From NCBI GenBank assembly GCA_028023455.1, contig JAQFVV010000001.1:124001-188000 (forward strand): DNA of 64,000 nucleotides, in the 5' to 3' direction. Positions 23,611 through 36,513 of the stretch are shown piece by piece. Every line of letters starts with the position of its first letter. The first letter of the stretch is position 1. Origin of the DNA: Epiperipatus broadwayi (lineage: Eukaryota; Animalia; Onychophora). Both the position numbers and the translations under genes were made by a program. Below the pieces are notes generated by a model. It was not told the origin of the DNA, searched no databases, and was given only the letters and a program-made list of their open reading frames with translations.

Positions 23611-25847
23611 GTTTAAAATTAATAATTATATTTATATCCTTAATCTGCAAAGATTTCTTGCATTTCCAAATACCAATTTAAATCTAATTACATTATTGTT
23701 TTAAAGGCATATATATTATATTGACATGGTTATGGGTTGCCAATTATATTATAAATGCAACGTCCGCTGTATTGACATCCATTACTTCAATTATTCAATA
23801 TCCAAAAAGGCAATGTAAATAAGTAAAACATAAAAGTATTAAAATTTATAAATTAACAAAAAAGAAATGTCTTACATTTATATTAAATTTTTCACTATAA
23901 ATACCCAGTTTTTTTTTTCTCAATGTCCTTTTTTTTTAAAGATGGCTACTCTTATCTTTTCAATGCCTCTATCTTGTGCTTTGGTTTGAGAATATCCTTT
24001 GTATTCAACAAAATATTGTTGAAGTATCAAAATAATATTACAGTGCATGTATAAAGGGTGTAATTTTCTTCTGAATAAAATTACATGCAAATGCTGTGTT
24101 TTGTAAATATCACATGGTTCTATTCTGTCAATTATATTTTTTGCATAATTATAAATAACAAGTGATATGTTTTCAACTTAATACTTACTTAGTAAACATA
24201 AAATTGTTAAATTATATGTACCACATTTTTAATATATAACTTGAAATTTATTTAAAAATTAAACATGCATATTTTTTTTTTGATTTTTAAATTGCATGAA
24301 TGATCTTTACACTTTTTAAACATATGCACATTAAATAATTTATGATCTTTACAATTTGAATTTTCTTTACTTTTTTTTGTTTTCAAAAATTTTTAACTTT
24401 GTTTAAAATTGTCTTAAAGTTGAAACATAATAATCTTAGCAATTCTTGCAAATGTAAGAGAATTCATGAGTGCATTCTGCAAGACATAAAATGACTATTA
24501 TTAATTTAATTTTACTATAAATGGGAAAAAGAAGGAACATTTAATTATAAAAATAAATCTTTCTTAAAATATTGAAAAGAAACATCAAATGTGATTTTAT
24601 TTATTTTTATCGATGAATGCAATCAAATGCAAATACTAATACATCTGCATAATTCCATTTTTTTTTAAAAATAGTATTTATAATTTTAATTTGTTTATAT
24701 ACTGTGATTTTTAATTGTTATTTTATAATTGTGTTAATACATATTAAAATGCATCTGTGTTACATATATTTCACTTGAAAAATGGGCAGTTTATTTTTTG
24801 TAAACATGGTCAGATGTCCTGTGATAAATGCTCAATTTGTCACAAGATTAGGTTAAACCTGTATTATCCAAAAAAAAAAAACTTACTGATCTCAATTGTA
24901 AATACTAAAAAATCAAAACATTTGCTATCTCACAGGTAATAAATATGACTGATATTTTTATTGATGAAAATAAGAAGGGTGAAATAATATGAATTTGACC
25001 ATAGTGATTATGCAAACCCTAATAAACAACTATTTGTTTCTTCACTCTGAAAATTAGTTTCTTTGGTCAATTCTTAAAAAGAAACTGTTTTTTACTCATC
25101 TCAAATGTATAAAAAAGGTAGATTGAATTCTAATAATAGTTATATTTAATAAATGTCATATACTGCTGAATACCATTGAAACTGAAATGTATAAAGAGAA
25201 TACATACTTTTAAAAAAATAGTAGAATCTGTTAAAACCATCTCATACATTCTTGAATTATTATTGGAAACTTTATCAAATAGTCCTGTTTATCTTTCATT
25301 ATTAACAAAAAAACTATTTCACACTTAGCTACAACACTGCTTTTCACCTTATTGTGAAAGATCAGTAAATAAGAGACAAATTAATATCTTTAAAATCAGA
25401 TAACATAGAGTAAGGAATGACAAAGATGTCTTCTTTATCTTCCTTATATGATTATCTGAATTTTAATTATATTGATTAAATAGTAACTAAGTTCATCCAT
25501 GAATAACTAAAATATATTAAAGAATAGTAGATACTTTTTAAAATTAAAGTTAAATATGACATTTTATTTATCCAACAATTTGCATATGGTTGATTCAAAG
25601 ATGAAAATTCATTTAAGAATTTTTTTTATTTTTATAAAATGATAATGATCATGGTGTGGGAAGTATTATATTCAAATTTTTTGATGTGAGTGAATGTTTA
25701 TTCCTTATATTAATTATATTATCTTGTGCAATTTATTATCTATATTAATAACCTTATTTGTTACTAGGTTGTAATCTAATATGAATTTACAATATATATA
25801 TATATATATATGTAATAGTATTATGAAATAAAAAATATAATTGTCAC

Positions 25848-26560
25848 TTAGGAACGCTTTCGACTATCCTCATAGTCTTTGTCAACTAATACTTTGAAAG
25901 GTTAACCTTTCCATAATTCCATGATCTTAACATTTGCTGCCTGCCTATTGATTAAGTCCTACTTGTATTTATATATTAGCATAGCTTCCTTTATTTTCCT
26001 TTTATTGTTATTTCTCTCAATTTGCAATATTTTTACATTATTATAATTGAAATTAAAACCATATATACATGATTTATTATGGTCGTAAAAAATGGAAGCT
26101 GATGCATTATTATTATCTTTACAATTTTGTTTTATATTTTGAACCCTTTTTAATAAAAGCAAGTTCTCTTTAGTTCTTTTCTCCAATGTACATCTCAATT
26201 TCCCTATATATCCGTTACCACATCTATATAAATGAATGGATATGTAGGTGTTTTATTATGTATATATTGTGTATATGTTTGTTAAAATTCTGTTTTCATC
26301 ATCTTTATTTGTACAATTTGATATTTTTTAATAAAGATTAATTAATGATAATAAATAAACCAATAAAATATTGTATCATTTTTGTTTAACTTTAAATGGT
26401 CTTGAATATTTTGATTTAGTTATAACAGGATTATTCAGCTTCTTTATCAAATTTAAAAGAAGACGTTTAAAAAAGCTATCTTATTTATGGATTTTGATTG
26501 CATTTATTTAGCCTTATACTGGTTTAGTGACAGCCTTAAATCAAAAAATGTTTTTTAATT
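25848..26560 (-). mobile_element. Penelope-like element 3' relic: GIY-YIG remnant followed by a terminal HHR (25848-25889)
   Basis: YIGKLRCTLEKRTKE...KILQIERNNNKRKIKEAMLI (track ORF 25959-26198) fits PLE GIY-YIG. The HHR lies ~70 bp downstream of the stop. Confidence 0.75.
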
Positions 26561-27512
26561 ATTTTAATACTAAAATTCTAAAGCATTGAGATATACTAAA
26601 ATATCTATGTAAAAGGAATCATCCATTTATTCAAAGGAAACTGAAAATAATAATAATAATAATAAACATGATAAAAATTATTTCTAAAAATATATGTTTA
26701 TCTATGATTTATTTATAAAATAAAGAGTATTTATTTTTAATTCTTTTATTCACATAAATGCATTAAGAAATAAAAAATTAAATTTTCTTCAAATTTCATA
26801 AAAGCATAAATCAGTCATTTTAAAATTGTATCAATATCAATATGGTTTTCAAATCATTTGAAAATAATGCCATTTGGCATTGATATAAGAAATTTGGATG
26901 TTAGTTGTAAATGACTTGATAAATAGATTGGCATTGATGCAATTTTTAAACATGATTATCCCATGTTATTTGTGAAAGCTGAAAAATATTTTTTTATTTT
27001 TAGTGTATTTTTTAGTGCATTTATGTAAATAAATGCATTTTTTAAATATATATTGTTTTCAGTTTACTATTTTTATATAATTCCAGAAATTTCTATTGAA
27101 GAAAATTTATATACAATTTAATACTTCTAGATGGCAGTACTGTGAAGATTCCTAAAATTGTTTGCAAACTTTAAAAAAAGACACCAGAAATACATATGTA
27201 TGCAAAGTTTCAAGTAGATTGGAAAGTGATAAAAATTAAGTAACAAGATTTCTCAGATAGATGGACAGACAAAAATAAGTTAAATAAAAGTATATAACTA
27301 GCTTTTGTAATTTTATGATTTTAGATCACTAAACAAACAGCACTACAATAGGAAAACTAAATGGAGTTTGCCATAATTTTCTGGTCTTCATAAAATAAAC
27401 TTCAAAATTTAGTATTATTTAGCTTCCAAACATAACAAAATTAAGAATGCCATTTGTTTAATATACTAAAATTCATAAATTAAAATGAATATTTAAATAA
27501 AATAATAAAAAG

Positions 27513-28303
27513 TCATTAAAAAACAGTCAATATTTAGACAATATCAATAACAATTAACAAATTCAAACTATTGTGAAGGCAACCTTTTAACAATAAAGGT
27601 GGAATTCCACCTTTGTTAATGGTCCTATATACTTTAATAGATATTAAATATTACAACTTCTGCAGAGACTGAAATTATTGATACAAAGAAGTTTAAATAA
27701 ACCTCTTTAAACAGGTAAGAATGCACACTAATATAATAAATAGTCAATTACAAATTGCAATTATAAATTTAAATTGCACCCAAAGTATTATTTAAATAGT
27801 AAGTGAAATAATGCTCAAGGCTAAATGGGTTTGTAAGTAATCATTAAAAACCAGTCAACACTTAAACAATCCCAATATCAATAATTAACAAATTCAAATT
27901 GTCCTTTAACAATAAAGGTGGAATACCACCCCTATTAATGGTCCATTATACTTATGTAGACACTAAAGATTGCAACTTGACCACAGAGATTGAAATTATT
28001 GATACAAAGAAGTTTAAATAAGCAAATATAACCTATTCTGAATTCAGACTAATCAATAGTCAATGATAACATTACAAACTGCAATTATAAATTTCAAATT
28101 GCACCCAAAGTATTACTTAAATAACAAGTATAATAATGCCCAAGGCTAAATGGGTTTGTAAGTAATCATTCAAAACCAGTCAGCACTTATACAATCCCAA
28201 TATCAACAAATTCAAAGTGTTGTCAAGGCAACCTTTTAACAATAAAGGTGGAATCCCACCTTTATTAATGGTCCAATATACTTACATAGACATTAAAGAT
28301 TGC
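27513..28303. repeat. Tandem repeat, ~320-330 bp unit, ~2.4 copies
   Basis: CAATAAAGGTGGAAT recurs at 27591, 27910 and 28240. The unit contains an AATAAAGGTGG/CCACCTTTATT hairpin. Confidence 0.88.
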
Positions 28304-28685
28304 CTGTTAAAAGTGAAGATTGATACATCATGTTATGAAAGTGATATGTCATCAGTCCTAATGCAATCAGAAACTTTTTTATGAAAGATTCTTATTTATA
28401 GACTTTCTATACTTCAATATTATTTCTTCTAATTAAAAGATTTTTTCAAATTCTTTATGATTTTGTAATATGGTTAAATTTAAAATATGTTTGTTCATGT
28501 GTAACATTTACTTAGATAGTGTTTCCTGAAAGTTTGTGATGATGGTGTTCTAATTGTATTTTTTATATTGGACTATTTCCACCATCAAATATGTGTATTG
28601 AAGGTCTTTAGAAAAATTTAACTTTATTTAAATATTCCAAATACATTCAACTGTTAGTAATAGCACATCAAACAGGTTAGTATAT

Positions 28686-28730
28686 ATACAACGTTTTGAG
28701 AGATATTATACTCCCCTCATCTTCAGGTGT
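28686..28730 (-). ncRNA. PLE-type minimal hammerhead relic (G12A)
   Basis: ACAC-CUGAAGA-U-GAGGGG-loop-UCUCUC-AAAA-CG-UU-GUAU; stem II is 6 bp with wobbles. Confidence 0.55.
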
Positions 28731-29298
28731 TGCTGCCATAATCACTGACCACTGACAGTACTAGCATGGGATTCGAACCTGGATCCTTAGATTCTTATTT
28801 TTTTTAATTTTAAGGCAATGCTCTAACCAACAGCCATCCTGGCAAAGGCAACAGTCAGTAGAAATTTCATATACTTATCTTTGAGGTTCCTCCTGATTTC
28901 TTCATTTTTTCCTAAGAGCAAAGTTGATTAGTGGTTTCCATACATTATGTTTAGTCATACTAGATTGGCTTATGGGATTTTTTGCTATTGTCTTGTGAGC
29001 AGATTGTTTAATATTTTTTTTGTACCTTTTCTTCTCTATCCAATATTTTTGTATTTTTCCAATTGAAGATATGTTCATTGGTACATACATGATCTGCTAC
29101 CTTAGACACATCTGTTTTTTTGCTTCTCTAATAATCAGTTTATGTTCTTGCAAGCGATTTTCAATGGGAAAACTGGTCTACAATATATGTTCTTCCACAT
29201 TGACATGGTATTTCATAGATACAGTTTTTTCTTTTCAGCATTTCAATTTTAGGCTTTGTAGATGTTAGAATTTCTCATAGCATGGTATGGCTCTAGAA

Positions 29299-29840
29299 CA
29301 GTGGTCTTCAACTCTTGGTCCGTGGACGGAGCCAGGCCGCAGAAGTTTTTTTACCGGTCCACAGTAGATTGGCAGGAAAGTTTGTAATAACAAAATAATG
29401 AGTTTAAACTTTTAATTAATATAAACAATTTTTTCATCTCATTTTTACCCAATTAAAAAAAAAGAAACAGAACGACAACAAAATCTAATCAATCATACAT
29501 AAATTAATAGTTTTTCTAGTTATAACCGATGTTTAAGGAGGGGGGGAGGGATAGAATTAAATTTTTTAATACTTTTCTAAAAAAAAAATCAATTAAAAAA
29601 AAAAAAGTTTTTTATTATATAAACTCCATATATATATAACTTCATCTTGTATATTTAACATTGTTGTTTTGATCAGTTATAACAATTATGCTCATCTAAG
29701 GCTAAGCAGTTTACATCTTTAAGAAAATTTATCTACAGACTTTTGCCGGTTCATGAAACCTTGTCCTTATTTTTGCCAGTCCACGAAACCTTATCCTTAT
29801 TTTTACCGGTCCACAGGTGTGAAAAGGTTGAAGACCACTG
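29299..29840. mobile_element. hAT (Charlie/Buster-type) MITE, 542 bp
   Basis: 14-bp TIR CAGTGGTCTTCAAC / GTTGAAGACCACTG. Perfect 8-bp TSD CTCTAGAA (29291-29298 and 29841-29848), matching the nTCTAGAn preference. CCGGTCCAC-like subterminal repeats. Confidence 0.93.
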
Positions 29841-32800
29841 CTCTAGAAGACTTCTGATATTATACTGATTGCAGATTTTTTTAATTTGTCTGCTATTTTT
29901 GGAATGTATGGGTAGCCTACAGTACCAATAATTGTCTTTTTTCTTGATGGTTCTTTTTGTTGTCTATTTAACATTTTCTTAATAACATCTGGTAGGTAAT
30001 CATTTTTCATAAGAGTTTCTTCTATATAGATCTTTTCTTTTTCCAAATTGCTGGTTGCTGAACAAACTTCTTTTGCTCTGTTCCATAGTGATAGTATAAC
30101 TCCATGTTTTGTGTTTCTGATGTGATTGGATGTATAAGCTATGTATTTTCCTGTATGGGTAGGTTTTTGGTAAACTAGTTTTGATTTTGCCATGAGGGAG
30201 TCTTGTCACAAGAACATCTAAGAATGCCAATTTTTGTTGTCCTGATTCTATTGTGAATTCAGTTGAAGGGGATGTTATGTGTTTCCAGTAAGTTTGTAGC
30301 AGTGCTTCATCATGTGGCCATACAACAAATGTATCACCCACATAACAAACTTTAGGTGGATATGGAGTAGTTTTTATAGTAGTGGTTGCAAGTTCTTCCA
30401 TGTAAATATTGCTAGTCAGGGGAGACAGTGGTGAGCCCATAGCCATTCCTTGATTTTATTGGAAGAATTTTGTGTTATATTGAAAGTAGATTGTTTTTAT
30501 ACAGATTGTTAATAGTTCCATTATACTATCAATAGGAAGAGCTGTTCTAGTTTGTAAACTATTATCACCATTTAATATTTTCCTAACAATAGACAATGCT
30601 TCTTCACATGGTACACTCATGAATAAACTTTCCACATCAAAGCTTACCAGTAAGTCAGTTCTTCCAATTTTCATGCTCTTGATTAATTCTAGAAAGTGTC
30701 TGGAATCCCTGACAAAGGACTGGGTCTTGTGTGCCAAAGGACTTAGAACTTTGAGAAGAAATTTTGGCAAAGTGAATTCCTAGAACTAACAATAAGTCTT
30801 AATGTAACATGATTCTTATGGATTTTAGGTAGACCATAAAGATGAGGAAATTTGCTGAAATATGATGCTATTTTACTTTTTTCTGAATCAGTGAAGTCCC
30901 TGTGATGTTTTCTGGGTAATGCTTGTAACTTTGTTTCAATACTTGGTATCGGACATGTTTAATTTTTATAATGGGTTGCATTATTTTAAAAAAGTTCATC
31001 TGTTTAGTGTTAATTCATACATTGATAATTAACAAATTTATTATTATGAGAGTTAATGTGAGCTGTAGTTTTGGAAATTTTGCTAGGATAAAGTTATGTA
31101 CTTTTCAATAAAAATATGAATATAAAGTGATGTAGATGAAACAATATCTGAAATATAAGATTAAATAAATAAAATTATAGAAAAAGAGTAAAGACTGAAT
31201 ACCTTATCAGAGAAACACCATTGAGATTTGGAGAGACACCTGATTTTATCTTATCACTACTATATATTGCAGTTCTGATTGCAATTTATTTTGAGAGCTT
31301 ATAGTGATGCATCACATGTAATTTATTGTTTTATTTTTTAATGTAATTGTTAGCTTATTTATATTATAGATACTTAGATGTTATCCTGTCTACCAAGCTT
31401 GGCTGCTATTTTTTATTAATGTTACAATTTCAGGGGCCCTATTATTATTTATGTGGGTTTTTTTAAATTTTTATTTTACTGAGTATGTGTTACTTGTTAA
31501 ATTTTAATAAATTGATTATAAATTTTATTCAGAATGTTTATTTCAAATTTCTTTTATTTATGTTACAATGCATATATGCCGACATGCTCTGAAAAGTGTC
31601 ATAGTTTGTTTACATTCAGCATCTTTATTTTTGTTACTACTATTGCAAAAAGGTTAAAGTTTGGGATCTTCCTTTGACAGAACAGCATGCAGTGGAGTAT
31701 TTCCGAAGATATGTGATCCTGCCCTTATGAAAAGTCTGTATTAATGGGCACTTTATGTTTTATTTATATATATTAATAAGTTGAAGTCTGTGTTAATAGG
31801 CACAATATAACACTTTACTTTTCTTGTATTTTTATATTAATAAGTTGATTTAATACAATAATAATAATAAAGTGGAAATATAATTAATTTTTGTAGAATT
31901 TTTTCTTTTTTAAAAATAACACGAAAAACAAAATTATTAAATACAACCGCTTCTTGTCAACCATTTTGTTTTAAGTATTTATTATATGACCCTGAAACTA
32001 AATAATTAAAAAATGGCTGTCAAGCTTAGTAGACAGGATAATACACAAGTACTTATTATAAAAATTAAATACTGCCTAACGCTATACTAACAAAATTACA
32101 ATACTAGCCAAAAAAACTAAACATTACTAATAGTACCTATTATATGTATTTTCCAAAATAAAATGTGTTGAATATTTTTTAGTCATTAATAATGTTATTG
32201 CTTTTGATAATTCTAACATATATTTGAATTGTGTTTCCTTTCTGTTTATAACTTTGCTATGTTTACCAATAGCACAAAATATATTTTAAAATATTTAGTT
32301 ATAAAATAATAAATATTAAAAATATATAGAAGTTTAAAAAAAGCAAAACTCAATTTCTACAATCTAAAATGTTGTCATCCCCTCAACTACATATATCAAT
32401 TTTTCACTTAATCATTGATTCTATCAGTTGGTCAGAATTGGACCCATTGTTTAAAATTTACAAGTATTAAATTATAAAATAATGATCAAATCTTAAACTA
32501 CAATGAAAAGAGATAGATCCATTATGACTAATTCATAATCCCGGAAGGCTTGTTCATATAAAAAAAAATGTATATATAATGAGTAAATTGCACTTAAGCT
32601 TTAAATCAGTTTGAGAATCAATTGTTTTTAATTTCGTATAATTTTTGCTAAGAAGATCCAAGTTTAATAGGTTGATGCTAATCATCTTAGTAATACTTGT
32701 CTCTAACAATGTCATTTGACAGCATTCAACTGTTACTATATCGATTCTCAATCTTGAAAAACTAAATATGTTACCATTATCTTTTAAATTCTACATAGAG

Positions 32801-34489
32801 TTTTACAGCATAGTAGTTAACACATCTGCCTGCCTTGCCCATGATCTGGAACTTGAATCTGGGCAGAAACTGGAATGTTTCAGTTCCAACAAGTATTTGA
32901 TTTTTTTAAAAAGTCATTTAGTATTATATTTATTCGTTAGTAAATGGTAATATAGTATACACTAACTAGAGGATACAAAAAAGGAAAATCATAAATCTTC
33001 ACTACCCATATATTTAATGAATATTGTTTTTTGGAAGGATATTGATAGGCCTGCAGTAGACTATTTAAGATGTTTTATCTTTTTTACATATATGGTAGTT
33101 AGCATACTAATCAAGCAAAAATACTTGATTACCTTTGATGGTAATTTGCATATTCTCCTATTAGAATAATAACGCCTTAGAATTTACAGCTACAACAAAA
33201 ATCCTAGTATGTCTTACTTTACTACATCTGCCTCCTCTAGAATATAGTTTTCTTCTATTAATTAACCAAAGATCTGTTTATGCATGCAACAATTTAAAAC
33301 AATTTAAAATATGTTTTTATTTTTCCAATTGCTTCATAAAGGCCATTAATGAAAATGATTTAAATTTTTACTGTGTAAGTTGGCAATGGATTATTTGAAG
33401 GTTAATCAAGGTAAAAGACTTTAATTGCCCACTAGGCCACTCCAATAGTTCTTAATGAAATGGCTTCAATACTTGAGAATTTATAAGAAGTTTGAAATGC
33501 AAAAACTGTCAAAACTAGAATCAGTTCAAGAATCTGCTCCAGTGTCTGAGTCTCTACCACTACATTACCCCACACAGGACTGTCTTATAGAGGAACAATA
33601 AAAGGAGAAGCGATATTTACATGCTTGTCAATTACTGGTTGATAAAGATCGTTTTATTCTCTAAAAATAGCAAGATAATCAATTACCAATTAATATTTGA
33701 TGGTCATCAGTATTTATTATCTGTATATCTAAAAGAAAATTTTTATAGGTTATTTAGCTCGAATTTGAACCCAGGTTGTAAGCGTATGTGCTATCGTTGC
33801 ACACAAGAATCTTAAGTTTTAACTACATACAAATGGTTAATTTAAAATTGATTTTCATTTTTAGAAAAAATAATTACTTTTAAGAAAAAAAAAGAATAAA
33901 AATTTCCATTCCTTTATTAGTAATTCTATTAATATTTTTGAATGTATCTTAAAAAGCTTATTACTAATAATGTTACTTTAATGCATTCTAAAAATAAGAT
34001 AAGTACTAGAAATTAATGCTGAGTTGCTTTGCTTGAGTGGCTTAGCCAATTATTCAAGAGTTTTCTTCAGATTTAAAAAAAAAAAAAGCACAACGTATTG
34101 ACTTCTTATTACTAATGTATGCAAAGGTTAAGTAGTTAAATAATTGTTAATTTATTATAAACCTTGAAAAGTAGTGAGAGGCTAGAATTAATAAAAACTA
34201 TGTTACAGAAGATATATCCTTTAAAATGTTCATTTTATATATATACAGAGATGGATAAAATAAAGTGTCTTGTTTAATTAACGTGAAGCAGGCCCCGTTT
34301 GCATTAAGAACGTATAATAAAATTACATAATATTTAAATAGTGTTTAAAATAATAAGCTATTTCTCCTGAAGAAAAGTCCCAAATTCTTTCAGATAGGGG
34401 AGAGGGGCAAATGTAATCTTACATTGCTTAAATATGGACAGACAATGACGTGACTGAGGAGATTGTGGAGTGTTTTTTTTATATCTCAA

Positions 34490-34561
34490 AGCGTTGACTT
34501 GGAAGCGAACCCGGGATAGCTTCTTGGAAGGCAGCTATGCTAACCGCTAGGCCACCAACGC
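34490..34561 (-). pseudogene. tRNA-Gly(TCC)-derived retrocopy with broken T-stem and anticodon stem
   Basis: GCGTTGGTGG...AGCATAGCTGCCTTCCAAG...CCGGGTTCG...CAACGC matches eukaryotic tRNA-Gly-TCC. It has an A8 tail (T8 at 34473-34480 on +) and a ~16-bp flanking repeat GAGATTGTG(G/A)AGTGTT at 34459-34474 and 34573-34588. Confidence 0.8.
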
Positions 34562-36101
34562 TTGACTAGATTGAGATTGTGAAGTGTTGAACATCACTTC
34601 CATTGACCTCAAATCAATAACTGACCGAATTGCACAAATTGTAACATTCTCATTTTAAAAGATGACAATGTTGTCTGGAAATACTGCTTTTATCGTGGAA
34701 TGGGTGGAATGATGATTTACAAAGTATTCAGATAGTTTTAGAGCTGTGAAGTGTGCTGCAGCAAAAGAACATTCAAAATATAGTAGCCCAAATCGTGATA
34801 ATTTTACCATTTTATTTCTCTATTAAGAAAAAGCATTCTGATTTTCTAGATTTTTTTTTAATGGTAATAATCTATCCTAAACTTTTCCAACAATCAGTGA
34901 AAGCATAAACATTAATTTGTCTGATCATGTGTCATGATTTTAATCATTACTTATTAAAATCCTATATTCATAACATCACCTCAGAATCAATGGCTATGAA
35001 AAGGCAGCTCAGACACAAATATATTTATGAAATCATCAGTGGGTTATTGATTATTTTTGGCAGAAATGTTTGCTTTGTGTTAGCTTATGTTGTGATGTAT
35101 TCCATTGTGTTTGTATTTTATTGAGGGGAGGGGTTACATTTTTTCATGATGATCTTCATTTCTTATAACAATGATTTCTGGTCACGATTGATTTCAGTAG
35201 GTTTTTCATCTTTAATGAATATGATTATCACCTTCGATACTATCAGACTGGAATCTTTAAATATTTCCGTATCTTGAATACTAAATCTCCAGCTAATCAG
35301 ATATCAACAATATGAAATCCTTTAAATTCAGATTTAACATTCCAGATATTTTTAATTTCTTGTGTGATATATCCGTAGAGAAAAAATGCTGTCACTATTT
35401 ATGTCTATGCTACATGATATCCAAAATACAATACTAATAAACTCATTATTCTTTATTGAATTTGTGTCTGTAAATATATATGTTGCCTAAAAATAAGTTG
35501 AATAATGAAGATAAAAAATATTACAATCATGTGATACACATTACTATTTATAAATTGAAGGGTTACACATTATTGTTTAAACAATAATTACCATTGTTTT
35601 CAATCCTTAAGAAAAACAATAATAATAAAAATGAATTATTACTTCGAATTTTATAAGAAATTTGAGGACCAGAAATGACAGCACTGGACAATGATCTGTG
35701 GATTTTGGCTTCAGAATTTCTACTCTTGCACCAGACCATGTATGACCTAGCACTCTTATATATAATTTAGAATAGTTTTTCATATTTAAAATTGTGCAAC
35801 ATCATAAATATTAATTAGTTATAGTGTTTAAAACTTTTTAATAAAAAAGTGAAAACTTATATATATAGTCATAAAAAGTATAATTATATAAATGTTATTA
35901 CCCACTTCAAGAAATTTCCAGGCCCCATTAAATATTAATAAATGGGTGGAATGAATAAAAAAATTGTTAAATCAAAAGAGATGATCGCTGACAAAAACTC
36001 TTCAAGTAAGACTTAAACATGAATAACAAAATAAATTATCTTTAGTCAATAATTGGTTGATCTTAGAACAATAAAATTACACCAATCAAAACAGTATTAT
36101 A

Positions 36102-36513
36102 TGTGATAATATGTTGGACTATTTCCAGCAACTAACATTAAATGTTGAATGTATAGAAAATTTTAAACTTTTCAAATACAAACAACTTGCTCTTAATAAC
36201 ACACAAATAGACAACACAAGCTAGTAATTATATGTTTCAAATAGTATTATTTTCTACTCTTCTTCAGGTGTTGCTGGACTATATGCACAGTGACAATATT
36301 AACACAGGAGTCAAACTTACACCTTTAGATTCTTGATGAATGGCCAGCAACACCTAAAGAATGGAGAATAATAATACTGTACTCAAAATGTGTAATTACC
36401 TCTTTGTCTATTTGTGTATTATCATTAACAAGTTGTAATTGAAAAGTTTAAATCAGGTTTAAAATTGTCTGTACATTTAATGATACATGATGGCTATAGT
36501 CCAACATATCACA
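36102..36513. mobile_element. Family C head-to-head inverted pair (36102-36277 and 36344-36513) homologous to the 3' terminal region of the PLE at 28550-28790
   Basis: Both arms carry CCAGCAACACCT(G/A)AAGA and ATAGTCCAACAT. The spacer retains a decayed B-box segment matching 28765-28795. Confidence 0.7.

Larger units (their letters stand above)
28550..31000 (-). mobile_element. Penelope-like element relic: RT (~31000-29850), GIY-YIG (~29290-28902), then a tRNA-like segment, an HHR relic and a tail; interrupted by a hAT MITE
   Basis: LYGLPKIHK, VSFDVESLF, MAMGSPLSP, YVGD (from YVDD), FLDVLV, KPTHTGKY and CIYEIPCQCGRTYI motifs across track ORFs 30456-30770, 30000-30446, 29843-30193 and 28902-29090. 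Confidence 0.9.

Noticed and set aside
27513-28303. CRISPR-like or prokaryotic repeat array
   Set aside because: Units are ~325 bp with homologous rather than unique spacers, and the context is eukaryotic with no cas genes.
32806-32880. Degenerate tRNA-like SINE heads here and near 33760-33810 and 45345-45392
   Set aside because: Only partial A/B-box resemblance, with no definable body or TSD.
33490-33645. Open frame MQKLSKLESVQESAPVSESLPLHYPTQDC...
   Set aside because: No recognisable homology or supporting exon partners; possibly a transposon relic.
34364-34403. CTGAAGA-AAAG...CTTT-CAGA as a hammerhead
   Set aside because: CAGA replaces GAAA and there is no stem III or cleavage triplet; it is a simple hairpin.
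34490-34561. Functional tRNA-Gly gene
   Set aside because: Two T-stem mismatches, an anticodon-stem mismatch, no oligo-T terminator, and an A-tail plus TSD indicate a retrocopy.
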